Below, in pieces: positions 37,868 to 46,315 of a stretch of 64,000 nt of DNA (position 1 is the first letter of the stretch; each line of letters begins with the position of its first letter). The notes beneath the pieces are model-generated. The model saw only the letters and a list, made by a program, of their open reading frames with translations, searched no databases and was not told where the DNA came from. The stretch is from the IMG/VR virus record IMGVR_UViG_3300017973_000001, positions 45,431 to 109,430 of that record; one strand, written 5' to 3'. Position numbers and translations under genes: made by a program. This DNA comes from a virus.

Positions 37868-38257
37868 GTGGTAAGCTTGGCGAGTGAGGTATTTACGAGT
37901 GAATTGTATACCAGTGAAAATGAAAATAGGTTCTTTACGAAAAGTAAGTATGAGTTTATAGGTCATGATTTTAAATTAGAGGCTTTAGAAGAACTGACGA
38001 ACGATCCGAAGTTCATAAAAGAACTTGATTATTCTATAGGTAGTATGTATATTAGGAAGTTTCGTTATAAAGAAGGAGAAAAACATTTTTTCTTTGATTT
38101 TTATTTAACTGATTACGACAAGGAAAGATTTACTCTTATACATGCCTACCACAACAAAGAGGATTACTTTAGTATAGATACAATTAACCACAATTTTTTC
38201 TATGACTTAGAGCTGAACGTCAAGATCACGAACAAACGAGTTAAAAAGGGGAGCTAG
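37868..38257 (+). CDS. hypothetical protein
   Basis: ORF in rightward operon. Confidence 0.65.
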   Translation: MVSLASEVFTSELYTSENENRFFTKSKYEFIGHDFKLEALEELTNDPKFIKELDYSIGSMYIRKFRYKEGEKHFFFDFYLTDYDKERFTLIHAYHNKEDYFSIDTINHNFFYDLELNVKITNKRVKKGS

Positions 38258-38417
38258 TGCCGAGGCTCCTCAGCGTTTGCCCTATACAGGAGGAATGTTT
38301 GTGAAAAAGATTACTGTAACGGTTACTGTTTCAAAAGAATTAGAAGGAACTGAAATCGCCAATTACTTATTGCTAATAGGTCCATGCAAGAAAGATAAGT
38401 AACACCAGGAGGAAACT

Positions 38418-38660
38418 ATGCAACTAGAAAAGATAGGTAAAACCTTTTTATTTAATTCCTATTATGCTTTATCTTATAAGGACGCTCACTTTCAAACAAA
38501 GCAAGCCTACGTTGTTATCTTAGAGGAAATAATTAGAGAAGAATATTTAACATATGATGAACTAATTGCATTTTATTTAGGTATTGAGGATAGTGACATA
38601 GATAAGATTAATGGTATTATCGAATGGATCAAAGCTTGGTCAAAGCTTGTAGTAGTTTAA
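38418..38660 (+). CDS. hypothetical protein
   Basis: SD AGGAGG. Confidence 0.65.
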   Translation: MQLEKIGKTFLFNSYYALSYKDAHFQTKQAYVVILEEIIREEYLTYDELIAFYLGIEDSDIDKINGIIEWIKAWSKLVVV

Positions 38661-38680
38661 TAGATTAAGGGGAGAATATT

Positions 38681-39118
38681 ATGATACGTATACAGTATAT
38701 TTGTAGTAATTGTGGCGCTTTTGAACCTTACCTACCATCTAAGAGCTCATCTATAACTTGTATGAAATGTCACCACAATGAACGTATTCCGGACCCTACT
38801 AAATTAGTAAATGAAGGAGAGATAAGTATGAAAAGGTTAGCTTTTGTAATGAGAGGACATTCTGATTATGATGACCGTTTATGGTCCTTATTAAAAATTT
38901 ATAACGACCAGCTAAGGGTATCGTATTCAGAGTTCTATCAAGGTTATGACCACGTAAAATTTATGCCCTTAATGGTTATGGCCGGAGCAACTATTGTACC
39001 GTTATCTGAGGATGATAGTGAAATTGACGCTTATTCTGTAGAAGTTGAAGAAGCTAAGGTGGAAACATTTCTCAAGCAGTTGGAAAAAGAAATATCGGAT
39101 TATATAAAGTATAGCTAG
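38681..39118 (+). CDS. zinc-ribbon-containing hypothetical protein
   Basis: CSNC..CMKC; second SD AAGGAG before the internal MKRL. Confidence 0.65.
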   Translation: MIRIQYICSNCGAFEPYLPSKSSSITCMKCHHNERIPDPTKLVNEGEISMKRLAFVMRGHSDYDDRLWSLLKIYNDQLRVSYSEFYQGYDHVKFMPLMVMAGATIVPLSEDDSEIDAYSVEVEEAKVETFLKQLEKEISDYIKYS

Positions 39119-39121
39119 GGG

Positions 39122-39322
39122 ATGAGCTTAATGGAGAATAAAGAACTAAAGAAGTACGTAGCTAAGCAGAAAATACAGATGAGAGGTACTATTGAGTCAG
39201 ACGTACCCGTATCCCAGGCAGACATAGAGCAAGCCATGAAAGGGATCGTAGAAGAAAAGTTAAAAGCTCAGTATGATGGCAATTTTAAAGTAGACTCTAT
39301 AAAGGTCACTCTTGATAAATAA
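39122..39322 (+). CDS. hypothetical protein
   Basis: ORF ending the operon. Confidence 0.6.
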   Translation: MSLMENKELKKYVAKQKIQMRGTIESDVPVSQADIEQAMKGIVEEKLKAQYDGNFKVDSIKVTLDK

Positions 39323-39413
39323 TTAACGGTCACACCTCTCTTTTCGTATATGTGAAATAGGGAGGTGTTGTTGTATGAAATGACATAGAATGTCTCACAT
39401 GCTATAATTTAAG

Positions 39414-39592
39414 TACGGTTTAACTGTACGTTGCAAACGAAAATTTCATCATGTATCAATTGAATTTTACAACTCAATAGAATGTTGTTTAGTTGGAATG
39501 GTTTGAACTTCGACAATTCTGAGCCATTGCACAATACCAACTAAATAACATTCAAAACAAAAAGAGTAGGCTTGAGACACCTACTCTTTTTG
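39414..39592 (+). ncRNA. candidate sRNA
   Basis: ATGACA-17-TATAAT with extended TG; 17-bp stem 39480-39553; terminator 39559-39591. Confidence 0.6.
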
Positions 39593-39797
39593 CTATTACG
39601 TCATTGTCAGTTTGCACCTGTCGTTCTACCAGTTTACATCTAGAGATTGGAATTTGAAGGTGATTAAAAATTCCAAATGTTGCAGAAAAGCCATGTTTGT
39701 AATTAGATCGGATTTAAGATTTAAGTTAAAAGCCTTACGAAAAAACGAATAATAGTGTGTGTTGTATTTTCCACTATACGAATAATTAAATGAGTTC
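39559..39797 (-). ncRNA. candidate sRNA convergent with the previous one
   Basis: TTGAAT-17-TATAAT (39832-39804); shared bidirectional terminator; no ORF with an SD. Confidence 0.5.
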
Positions 39798-39840
39798 TGT
39801 AATATTATACTATTCACACAACAATTATTCAAGGTTAGAC

Positions 39841-39990
39841 CTATGTTTCACGTATAATTACCCAAAACAACATAGCCGGAACCAGGCACAATACCCCATA
39901 AATATACCTACCATTACATAAAGATACGACTGAGCATGTTATACCCGAAAATACCATGAACCATAAGAGAAACAATATAGTAAACTTCAT
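39841..39990 (-). CDS. 49-aa 2-TM membrane peptide (not in ORF track)
   Basis: MKFTILFLLWFMVF..; ATGA overlap with upstream ORF. Confidence 0.55.
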   Translation of the reverse strand: MKFTILFLLWFMVFSGITCSVVSLCNGRYIYGVLCLVPAMLFWVIIRET

Positions 39991-40193
39991 ATCTTCTCTA
40001 CCACGTAGTAGTAAGCAAAATCTAACCCCGTGTTTTTGTCATTATAGACGTGATCCACATAAGCATATGTATATTTCTCACCATATAACGTGATTTCTTG
40101 CCCTTCAATTAGTTTAGGGAGCTCATGGTATAACGGTTGCACATCTATTATCTTTTCTTCTCCAATTTCAAAGAAACAAAGTCCTTTTCGCAT
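39987..40193 (-). CDS. hypothetical protein
   Basis: SD AAGGTGGT. Confidence 0.65.
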   Translation of the reverse strand: MRKGLCFFEIGEEKIIDVQPLYHELPKLIEGQEITLYGEKYTYAYVDHVYNDKNTGLDFAYYYVVEKI

Positions 40194-40204
40194 GAAAATA
40201 CCAC

Positions 40205-40575
40205 CTTTTTAGTAAAATTAAGCGTTTTTAGGTGTTTTTGAGCATTTTTTAACGTTTTTTATGATATTTTCGGTGTTTTTTATCACTTTTGAGTAGTTTT
40301 TAAGTGTTTTTATGCTATTTTAAGCGTATTTTAGTACTTTTTGGGCCGTTTTAGGGTGTTTTTAGACGTTTTTGACACATTTTTAGGTCACTTTAAGCCA
40401 TTTTGGACCTATTTTGACTCATTTTAATGCTAATTTCAGCTCTTTTCAGCCCATTTCAGCTCTTTTTTAGCAGTTTTTATTAAAAAATTGGCTATTTTTT
40501 GAATTAAATGAACGTTTTTAAGCCTTTTTAAGCAAAAAATACGGGTTTTTAGACCTTTTTTCAGCTCGTATTTGG
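40205..40575. other. phased T-tract (intrinsically curved) DNA
   Basis: T3-T6 runs recurring every ~10-11 bp over ~370 bp; no ORF of 60 aa or more. Confidence 0.75.
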
Positions 40576-40590
40576 CCTTATTATTCGTGT

Positions 40591-40866
40591 TTATAACATG
40601 CTAACTGTAGCTATAACCTGGGATGGCAAGTTATTTAGACTAGTTAACCCCATAATAAATGTAATACCTAGCTTGCTATTATGTACTAGTCTCATATTGT
40701 CATCATATGTTTTCAAATAGTAGTCTAGCTTTTCCTGGAAGTTTTCACGGGGATTGATAATTAGTTCCTCGTATTTTGCTACTCCTTCGACTGCGATCAT
40801 TACATAACTGAAAGATTCATCCTCTATGATGACATTGAATGTTTGTTCAAACTCAGTTTTCTTCAT
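40591..40866 (-). CDS. conserved Bacillus-phage-type hypothetical protein
   Basis: ELIINPRENFQEKLDYYLKTYDDNM. Confidence 0.75.
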   Translation of the reverse strand: MKKTEFEQTFNVIIEDESFSYVMIAVEGVAKYEELIINPRENFQEKLDYYLKTYDDNMRLVHNSKLGITFIMGLTSLNNLPSQVIATVSML

Positions 40867-40886
40867 GTTGTTCCCCCTTTGTATAT

Positions 40887-40992
40887 GAAAAAAGGTCCCT
40901 CAGCTTGGAAAGGGACCCCTTGACAGTGAAAATAAATGTAAAAACCAATGTATACTTCTAACGGAGAGCAAGAAATATATATTCTTTAGTCC
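40887..40992 (-). ncRNA. candidate sRNA or attenuated leader
   Basis: TTGATT-17-TATATT; hairpin with CTCTCC loop; terminator GGTCCCT..AGGGACC-T6. Confidence 0.55.
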
Positions 40993-41120
40993 ATCTAAAT
41001 ATATCAATATAGTTTATCTAAATCAATAATCCAATAGTAACATTAAAATTTTATGAGCCTCAGTAGATTAATAGAGTTTACACCTATACTAACTGTGATT
41101 AAACAATAGGAGGGATAGGT

Positions 41121-41858
41121 ATGAATTACAAAATTGTAAAAGACTCTCTTGATCTACGGGACAAAATCTACACAAGTAGCAAATACAAAACAGTAAATGA
41201 CGTACCGGCTCAGACAAATAACTCAGCTTTAATTGATTGGGTTTTTGACCAGGGGCATGAGGGATCGTGCACTGCTAATACTTTTGCTAGTATGCGTATG
41301 TATTTGCTTAAAAAGAATGGTCAAACGGCACCAGTATTAAGCCGTGCTTATATCTACTGGCATGAACGTAAATATGAAGGAACTACTAACCAGGATTCCG
41401 GAGCTCTTTCAAGGGATGGAGTAAGAACGTTACTAGAATTTGGAGTATGTACAGATAATGCTATGCCGTACAGTGACCGTTCATATGGGGTTGCTCCATC
41501 AACACAAGCTGAAGCTGAAGCTTTCAGATATAAAATCAACGCTTACTACCGTGTTCCGGACGTTACTACTTTGAAAATGGCTCTTGCTGATGGACTAGTA
41601 GTATCACTGGGAATGACAGTTTATAAATCGTTTGAGTACGGAACAGTAGGTGAGACCGGTATTTTTGAGACACCTGGTTTATTTGAACAGAAATTAGGTG
41701 GCCATGAAGTACTGATTGTAGATTATAAAAAAGTTGGAAATTCATACGAGTACAAAGTGTTAAATAGTTGGGGAGAAAACTGGGGCCAAAGAGGTTATTT
41801 TTGGATTACTGAGACTCAGCTAAAGAAAGTAGCTATGGATTTTTGGACTGCTAACTAA
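41121..41858 (+). CDS. papain-like cysteine peptidase (C1A)
   Basis: DQGHEGSCTA, GGHEVLIV and NSWGENWGQRGY catalytic motifs. Confidence 0.92.
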   Translation: MNYKIVKDSLDLRDKIYTSSKYKTVNDVPAQTNNSALIDWVFDQGHEGSCTANTFASMRMYLLKKNGQTAPVLSRAYIYWHERKYEGTTNQDSGALSRDGVRTLLEFGVCTDNAMPYSDRSYGVAPSTQAEAEAFRYKINAYYRVPDVTTLKMALADGLVVSLGMTVYKSFEYGTVGETGIFETPGLFEQKLGGHEVLIVDYKKVGNSYEYKVLNSWGENWGQRGYFWITETQLKKVAMDFWTAN

Positions 41859-41859
41859 A

Positions 41860-41940
41860 CGAAAAAGAGCCCTCCGGGATTCGGTAGGGTTCTTTCTCTG
41901 TTAAATAAACTAATAGGAGTGCTACCCGTCAGTAGCACAT
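41860..41940 (-). ncRNA. sRNA cassette 4 of tandem array
   Basis: TTGATG-17-TATATT; 5' hairpin GTGCTAC/GTAGCAC then TCCTATT; terminator. Confidence 0.6.
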
Positions 41941-41979
41941 CATCAAATATACCAGGTTTTACCAATATCATCAATAACA

Positions 41980-42043
41980 AAACAAAAAGTACCCCATCCG
42001 ACAAGGGTACTCATTGTTGACAAAAATTAAAATAAAAGGAACT
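41980..42043 (-). ncRNA. sRNA cassette 3 of tandem array
   Basis: TTGCTC-17-TAAATT; TTCCTTT; terminator AGTACCC..GGGTACT-TTTT. Confidence 0.55.
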
Positions 42044-42078
42044 TTTATAATTTACCAGTTATTGGGGATAAGAGCAAG

Positions 42079-42158
42079 AGAAAAAGGTACCAATTAAGGT
42101 ACCAGTTCTCAAAGGAAATTTTAATTTACTAATCATGAAATAATATTAGAAAAAGGTA
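42079..42158 (-). ncRNA. sRNA cassette 2 of tandem array
   Basis: TTGATT-17-TATACT; ACCTTTTTC and TTTCCTTTG; terminator GGTACC-ttaatt-GGTACC-TTTTT. Confidence 0.55.
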
Positions 42159-42182
42159 ATATTAGTATAATTTACACCGTTT

Positions 42183-42258
42183 AAAAAATCAAGAGAGGTA
42201 CTGGACCTCTCCACCTTCTTGTATAGCACACTACTAGATTTTGTTTGGAGAAGGTATT
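42183..42258 (-). ncRNA. sRNA cassette 1 of tandem array
   Basis: SigF/G-like GTATA-15-GGTAATGATA; 5' ACCTTCTCC; terminator GAGAGGT..ACCTCTC. Confidence 0.5.
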
Positions 42259-42386
42259 TTTATCATTACCCTTATTAGCAATGCTTATACTTGTCTACTC
42301 TATATGTGTACCGGGAGGTAACTCCCACCACCAGGAGGGAAGGTTATACCTTTCCTCTTTTAATTTTATAAAGAGGAGGACAAGAT

Positions 42387-43169
42387 ATGTCATTATTTAA
42401 AACGATTCAAGTATTTGATACGTCTGTATTAAGCCCTGGAACTGCAATTGATTATGAAACAAAAACAGTTAAGTTTAATGGCCTTATCACTCGTTCAGAT
42501 AATTTTATCTTAGAGATTGATTACTATGATCCATCTGCCCTTAATACGGGTAGTCTAATGATTGCACTGGATGATGTAGTTAAACAAAAAGTAGCAATTA
42601 ATATTCTAGAAAATACTACACATACTGTTCCGGATACTACTCCACCGGATAATGTAACTGGTGTAACTGTATCTCCTAACTACACTGCCGTTGTTTTAAG
42701 ATGGACTAATCCAACTGGATTCAGTGACTTTAACGGTGTAAACATCTATCGAGACGGAACATTAGTTGTTAAAAACTTAGTTAACACAACGTTTACAGAT
42801 ACTTCTCTAAATGAAGGACAAACTTACACGTACATTATTAAATCAACTGACCTAGCTGATAATGAGTCAGATGGTATTACGAAAGTTACTACTACACTTG
42901 ATTCTGTACCTCCTAGTGATGTAGCTAACTTACGTGGTGGTTTAATTACAACCACAAGTATTGAATTATTATATGACCTACCGACTGACGCTGATTTTGA
43001 CCATTTAGTTATCCTACGTAACAATGTTCAGATCGCAAACAGTGTAAGAACTCCGGCTTTCACAGATAATGGATTATCTACTGGCCAAGTTTATAACTAC
43101 ACTGTAATTGCCGTTGACCTAAGTGGAAATCAGACTGCCGGGGTTGATATTAGTTTATCTGCTTTATAA
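42387..43169 (+). CDS. fibronectin type III domain protein
   Basis: two DxxPP..W..YRDG..FTD..L..YTY..D repeats. Confidence 0.88.
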   Translation: MSLFKTIQVFDTSVLSPGTAIDYETKTVKFNGLITRSDNFILEIDYYDPSALNTGSLMIALDDVVKQKVAINILENTTHTVPDTTPPDNVTGVTVSPNYTAVVLRWTNPTGFSDFNGVNIYRDGTLVVKNLVNTTFTDTSLNEGQTYTYIIKSTDLADNESDGITKVTTTLDSVPPSDVANLRGGLITTTSIELLYDLPTDADFDHLVILRNNVQIANSVRTPAFTDNGLSTGQVYNYTVIAVDLSGNQTAGVDISLSAL

Positions 43170-43171
43170 TG

Positions 43172-43308
43172 CAAAAAAGGCGCACCCTCTATTAAAAGGG
43201 AACGCCTTTTTTGTGACTGTCTGCTTTAGATGTAAGGTGTGAACAAGGTGAAACCAACAAGAAGGTATGCCTTAGAATGGCATTTAAGGGCGCTTCGAAC
43301 ACCCTCAC
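43172..43308 (-). ncRNA. candidate sRNA with three ACCTT motifs
   Basis: TAAC-16-CGTATA promoter; two 5' hairpins; bidirectional terminator 43173-43212. Confidence 0.55.
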
Positions 43309-43314
43309 TATATT

Positions 43315-43365
43315 TATACGAATGGCTATAAGTAATGTTAACCTAATTATTTTTTAATTCGTATA
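43315..43365. promoter_or_regulatory. back-to-back phage-type promoters sharing GTTAAC
   Basis: TAAC-16-CGTATA (minus) and TAAC-17-CGTATA (plus). Confidence 0.55.
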
Positions 43366-43466
43366 AGAACTATGTAGAGAATAATCCACTTTTAATGGTT
43401 TAACCTACGAAACTGGGAAGGAAATAATTTTTCGAGCTTCGCTAAGGTCAAAATATTTTAAAAAAG

Positions 43467-44078
43467 TTGGAAGTATTTAGAGAGGGTTTGGTGTGTATGG
43501 CAGATTTTGGCTCAGCAAAAAAAGGGCGTATTGAGAGATTTAAACTAGAAGTTGACGCTATCAATCTACGAAAAGCCGGCTTGTCATTTCAAGCAATCGC
43601 TAACGAACTGAACAAGAACCCGGCAGTACCGGAGGATGAGCAGATTGATAAGCATGTGGTAATGAGATTCTTTGAAAAGATACCGGAAGTTCAACGTCAG
43701 CTTGTAAGAGAAGATAAAAAACGGTTAGTCCAGGTAGTAAATCAGAACATGGACATTATCAGTGAAATGAATGAGTTGTTTGGTAAGTCTAAAATGCTAC
43801 TGAACTACATGGAGGATAAGGCTTATAACGAGGGCAAGATGATAGACCCTTACCGTTTTAAAGCAGTCAGCTCCGAAATGAGGGAAATGCTGAAGCAGAT
43901 GACTGACGTTCAGAAAGAGATTAGTGACTATGATAATATCCGTAAATTTATGGAAATCGTTATGGAAACATTGAAGTCTGAAGCTCCGGAGTCTATTCCA
44001 ACAATCGTACAGAAGCTACGTATGGCTCAAGGAACAAACTGGTTCGCTAACATGATCGGAGGTAAGGACAATGAATGA
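43467..44078 (+). CDS. putative terminase small subunit
   Basis: N-terminal HTH (GLSFQAIANELN), helical, upstream of TerL; start may be ATG 43497. Confidence 0.55.
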   Translation: MEVFREGLVCMADFGSAKKGRIERFKLEVDAINLRKAGLSFQAIANELNKNPAVPEDEQIDKHVVMRFFEKIPEVQRQLVREDKKRLVQVVNQNMDIISEMNELFGKSKMLLNYMEDKAYNEGKMIDPYRFKAVSSEMREMLKQMTDVQKEISDYDNIRKFMEIVMETLKSEAPESIPTIVQKLRMAQGTNWFANMIGGKDNE

Positions 44079-44628
44079 AGTAGGAACAGTTAGATTATAT
44101 ATGGGCTCAATGTTCAGTGGTAAAACTACTACACTTATTGAAATCTTACGTTTCCGTAGAAACCAGGCTATTTGTTTTAAACCTAGTATAGATAATAGAA
44201 GTGGTTCAGCTACAACATCTTCACATAACGGCTTTGAATATCCTTCTATGATTATTAATCAAGCTAGTGAGATATTCCTTCATGACTTGAATAATATTAC
44301 GCTTATTGGAATTGATGAAGCTAGCTTATTCCTAAACGATCCTACGCTAATTCCAACTGTCCGAGTACTAAGGGATATGGGTTTTGATGTAGTAATTAGT
44401 GGATTGGAGCTTACTTCTGAAGATGAGCCATTTGGACAGATGGGCGACTTAGCTTGTATATCTGATGAAGTCTATAAATTACGTACTTATTGCTCTATGT
44501 GTAAAGATAGACCGGCCTCTATTTCAATGTTTACTGGTTCTGAGAAAGGGTTAGTAAAGATTGGTGGGGAGAGTTTATATAAACCAGTTTGTCGTACTTG
44601 TTATAACGGGGTAAAAGATAATGAGTGA
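44071..44628 (+). CDS. tdk: thymidine kinase
   Basis: GSMFSGKTT, FKPSIDNR, IGIDEA, IGGESLYKPVCRTC. Confidence 0.93.
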   Translation: MNEVGTVRLYMGSMFSGKTTTLIEILRFRRNQAICFKPSIDNRSGSATTSSHNGFEYPSMIINQASEIFLHDLNNITLIGIDEASLFLNDPTLIPTVRVLRDMGFDVVISGLELTSEDEPFGQMGDLACISDEVYKLRTYCSMCKDRPASISMFTGSEKGLVKIGGESLYKPVCRTCYNGVKDNE

Positions 44629-46315
44629 TTTTCTAGATGGTTTATTAGGTGAATTTATTGATATTGCTGAAAGTACTTCAGAAGTAGAAGGGTTATGGAG
44701 AGAAACGCCCGTAGATATTATTACGTTTTTTAAAGACTATATGGGTGAGTCTCCGTATCCAGGCAAGCAAACAGAACTTCTACAAAATGTAAATGACATT
44801 ATGTGGTACAAGCTAACTGGTGACGAGAAGTTTTGCCAGGAGGACTTACAACAAATAACTGAAATGGTTATCTTATTTGGTAAAGGTTCCGGTAAAGACT
44901 TCTTAGCTAGTGGAATACTAACCTATGTTATCTATCTAGTACTTTGCTTAAATGATCCACACACCTACTTTGGGTTTGGTAAGGATGAAAATATTGACTT
45001 TATCAATGTGGCCATCAACGCCTATCAAGCTAATAACGTATATTTTAAAAAGCTTAAGGCACGTTTAAATAACTGTAAGTGGTTCGTGAAAGTTACGAAA
45101 GAGCCGAGAGCATGGAACGAATACCAGGTATTAAAAAACCAGGTTCGATTCTTCAAAGGGGTTACGGCCCATTCTGCCCATTCCGAGGCTGATAGTTTTG
45201 AAGGATTTAACCCGTTAGTTCTGATATACGACGAAATAGGAGGCTTCGAGTTCGAGAAAGCAGAGTTTTGTTATGCTACTCTACGTTCTTCAGCTTCATC
45301 CCGTTTCAATGAAAAGCAGTTACATATTTTCATAAGTTTCCCTAGAAGTGAGTCTGATTTCATGTACTCAAAGTACAAGGAGGCTATTCACTCAAAGGAC
45401 CCGGAGGTTTATGCCATTACGGGGTATTCATGGGAAGTTAACCCTAAGATTAGCCGTAAGTCATTGGAAAAAGATTTCATTCGTGATCCGGAAGGAAGTC
45501 GCATGCGTTACCAATGTATTCCTCCTAAGTATTCTGAAGGTTTATTCCAGTTTCCGGAGAAGATTGATACCGTTGTTCAGCGTGGAAAACATGCCCAATG
45601 CCAAACGTTAACAGTTCAGAATACCATTACAACCCGTGTGCTTAAAAACGGTGAGGAGCGTCATTTTACGGGCCTAGAGATACACGGATTACAACTAGAC
45701 CCTAACTATACTTACTATCTAGGAGGAGACGGTGGGGTTGAGACTGATAGTTACGTATTAGCGCTATTCCACGGGGAGCCAACTAAGATAGAAGTACTAG
45801 AAGAAGGGGAAGTTATAGAAAAGTATGCTAATAAACCAGTAGAGGACCTTATTTTAGAGTGGAAACCTAATAAGGCTGACCGTATCCCGGTAGACCTCAT
45901 GAATGTAGCTGAAGTTATCGAAATGATCTGCAAGCAAGTATACGTGAAAAAGGCTCTTTTCGATAAATTTAACTCGGCTGAAGTTGTTCAAAGGTTGATG
46001 GGTATGGGGGTTGAGGCTGAGGACAAGAACTGGTCGAACCCATTCCAGTTACAAATCTATCAAAATATTAAAGGTCATATCTACACTGGTAATATCGAAC
46101 TCTTAGACCATATCAATCTAGAAGGTATGAACGCTAATGAGGAGCTTAAAAACATAAAGTTATTGAATGGTAACAAAATAGATCACGATAAAGATAAATC
46201 AAAAGACTATAGTGACGCAAGAGCCGGAGCAGTTTGGTTATGTGCAACTGACGAACCGGACGATTCAGAACACTTTGCTATGCCAACTTTACTAGGAGCT
46301 AGGAGGAGAGCTTAA
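44621..46315 (+). CDS. terL: terminase large subunit
   Basis: GKGSGKD Walker A, LIYDE Walker B, LGGDGG, FDKFNS, KIDH..SKDYSDA nuclease motifs. Confidence 0.9.
   Translation: MSDFLDGLLGEFIDIAESTSEVEGLWRETPVDIITFFKDYMGESPYPGKQTELLQNVNDIMWYKLTGDEKFCQEDLQQITEMVILFGKGSGKDFLASGILTYVIYLVLCLNDPHTYFGFGKDENIDFINVAINAYQANNVYFKKLKARLNNCKWFVKVTKEPRAWNEYQVLKNQVRFFKGVTAHSAHSEADSFEGFNPLVLIYDEIGGFEFEKAEFCYATLRSSASSRFNEKQLHIFISFPRSESDFMYSKYKEAIHSKDPEVYAITGYSWEVNPKISRKSLEKDFIRDPEGSRMRYQCIPPKYSEGLFQFPEKIDTVVQRGKHAQCQTLTVQNTITTRVLKNGEERHFTGLEIHGLQLDPNYTYYLGGDGGVETDSYVLALFHGEPTKIEVLEEGEVIEKYANKPVEDLILEWKPNKADRIPVDLMNVAEVIEMICKQVYVKKALFDKFNSAEVVQRLMGMGVEAEDKNWSNPFQLQIYQNIKGHIYTGNIELLDHINLEGMNANEELKNIKLLNGNKIDHDKDKSKDYSDARAGAVWLCATDEPDDSEHFAMPTLLGARRRA

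Noticed and set aside
39626-39832. 68-aa minus-strand ORF
   Set aside because: Its TTG start is the -35 box of the predicted promoter; no SD
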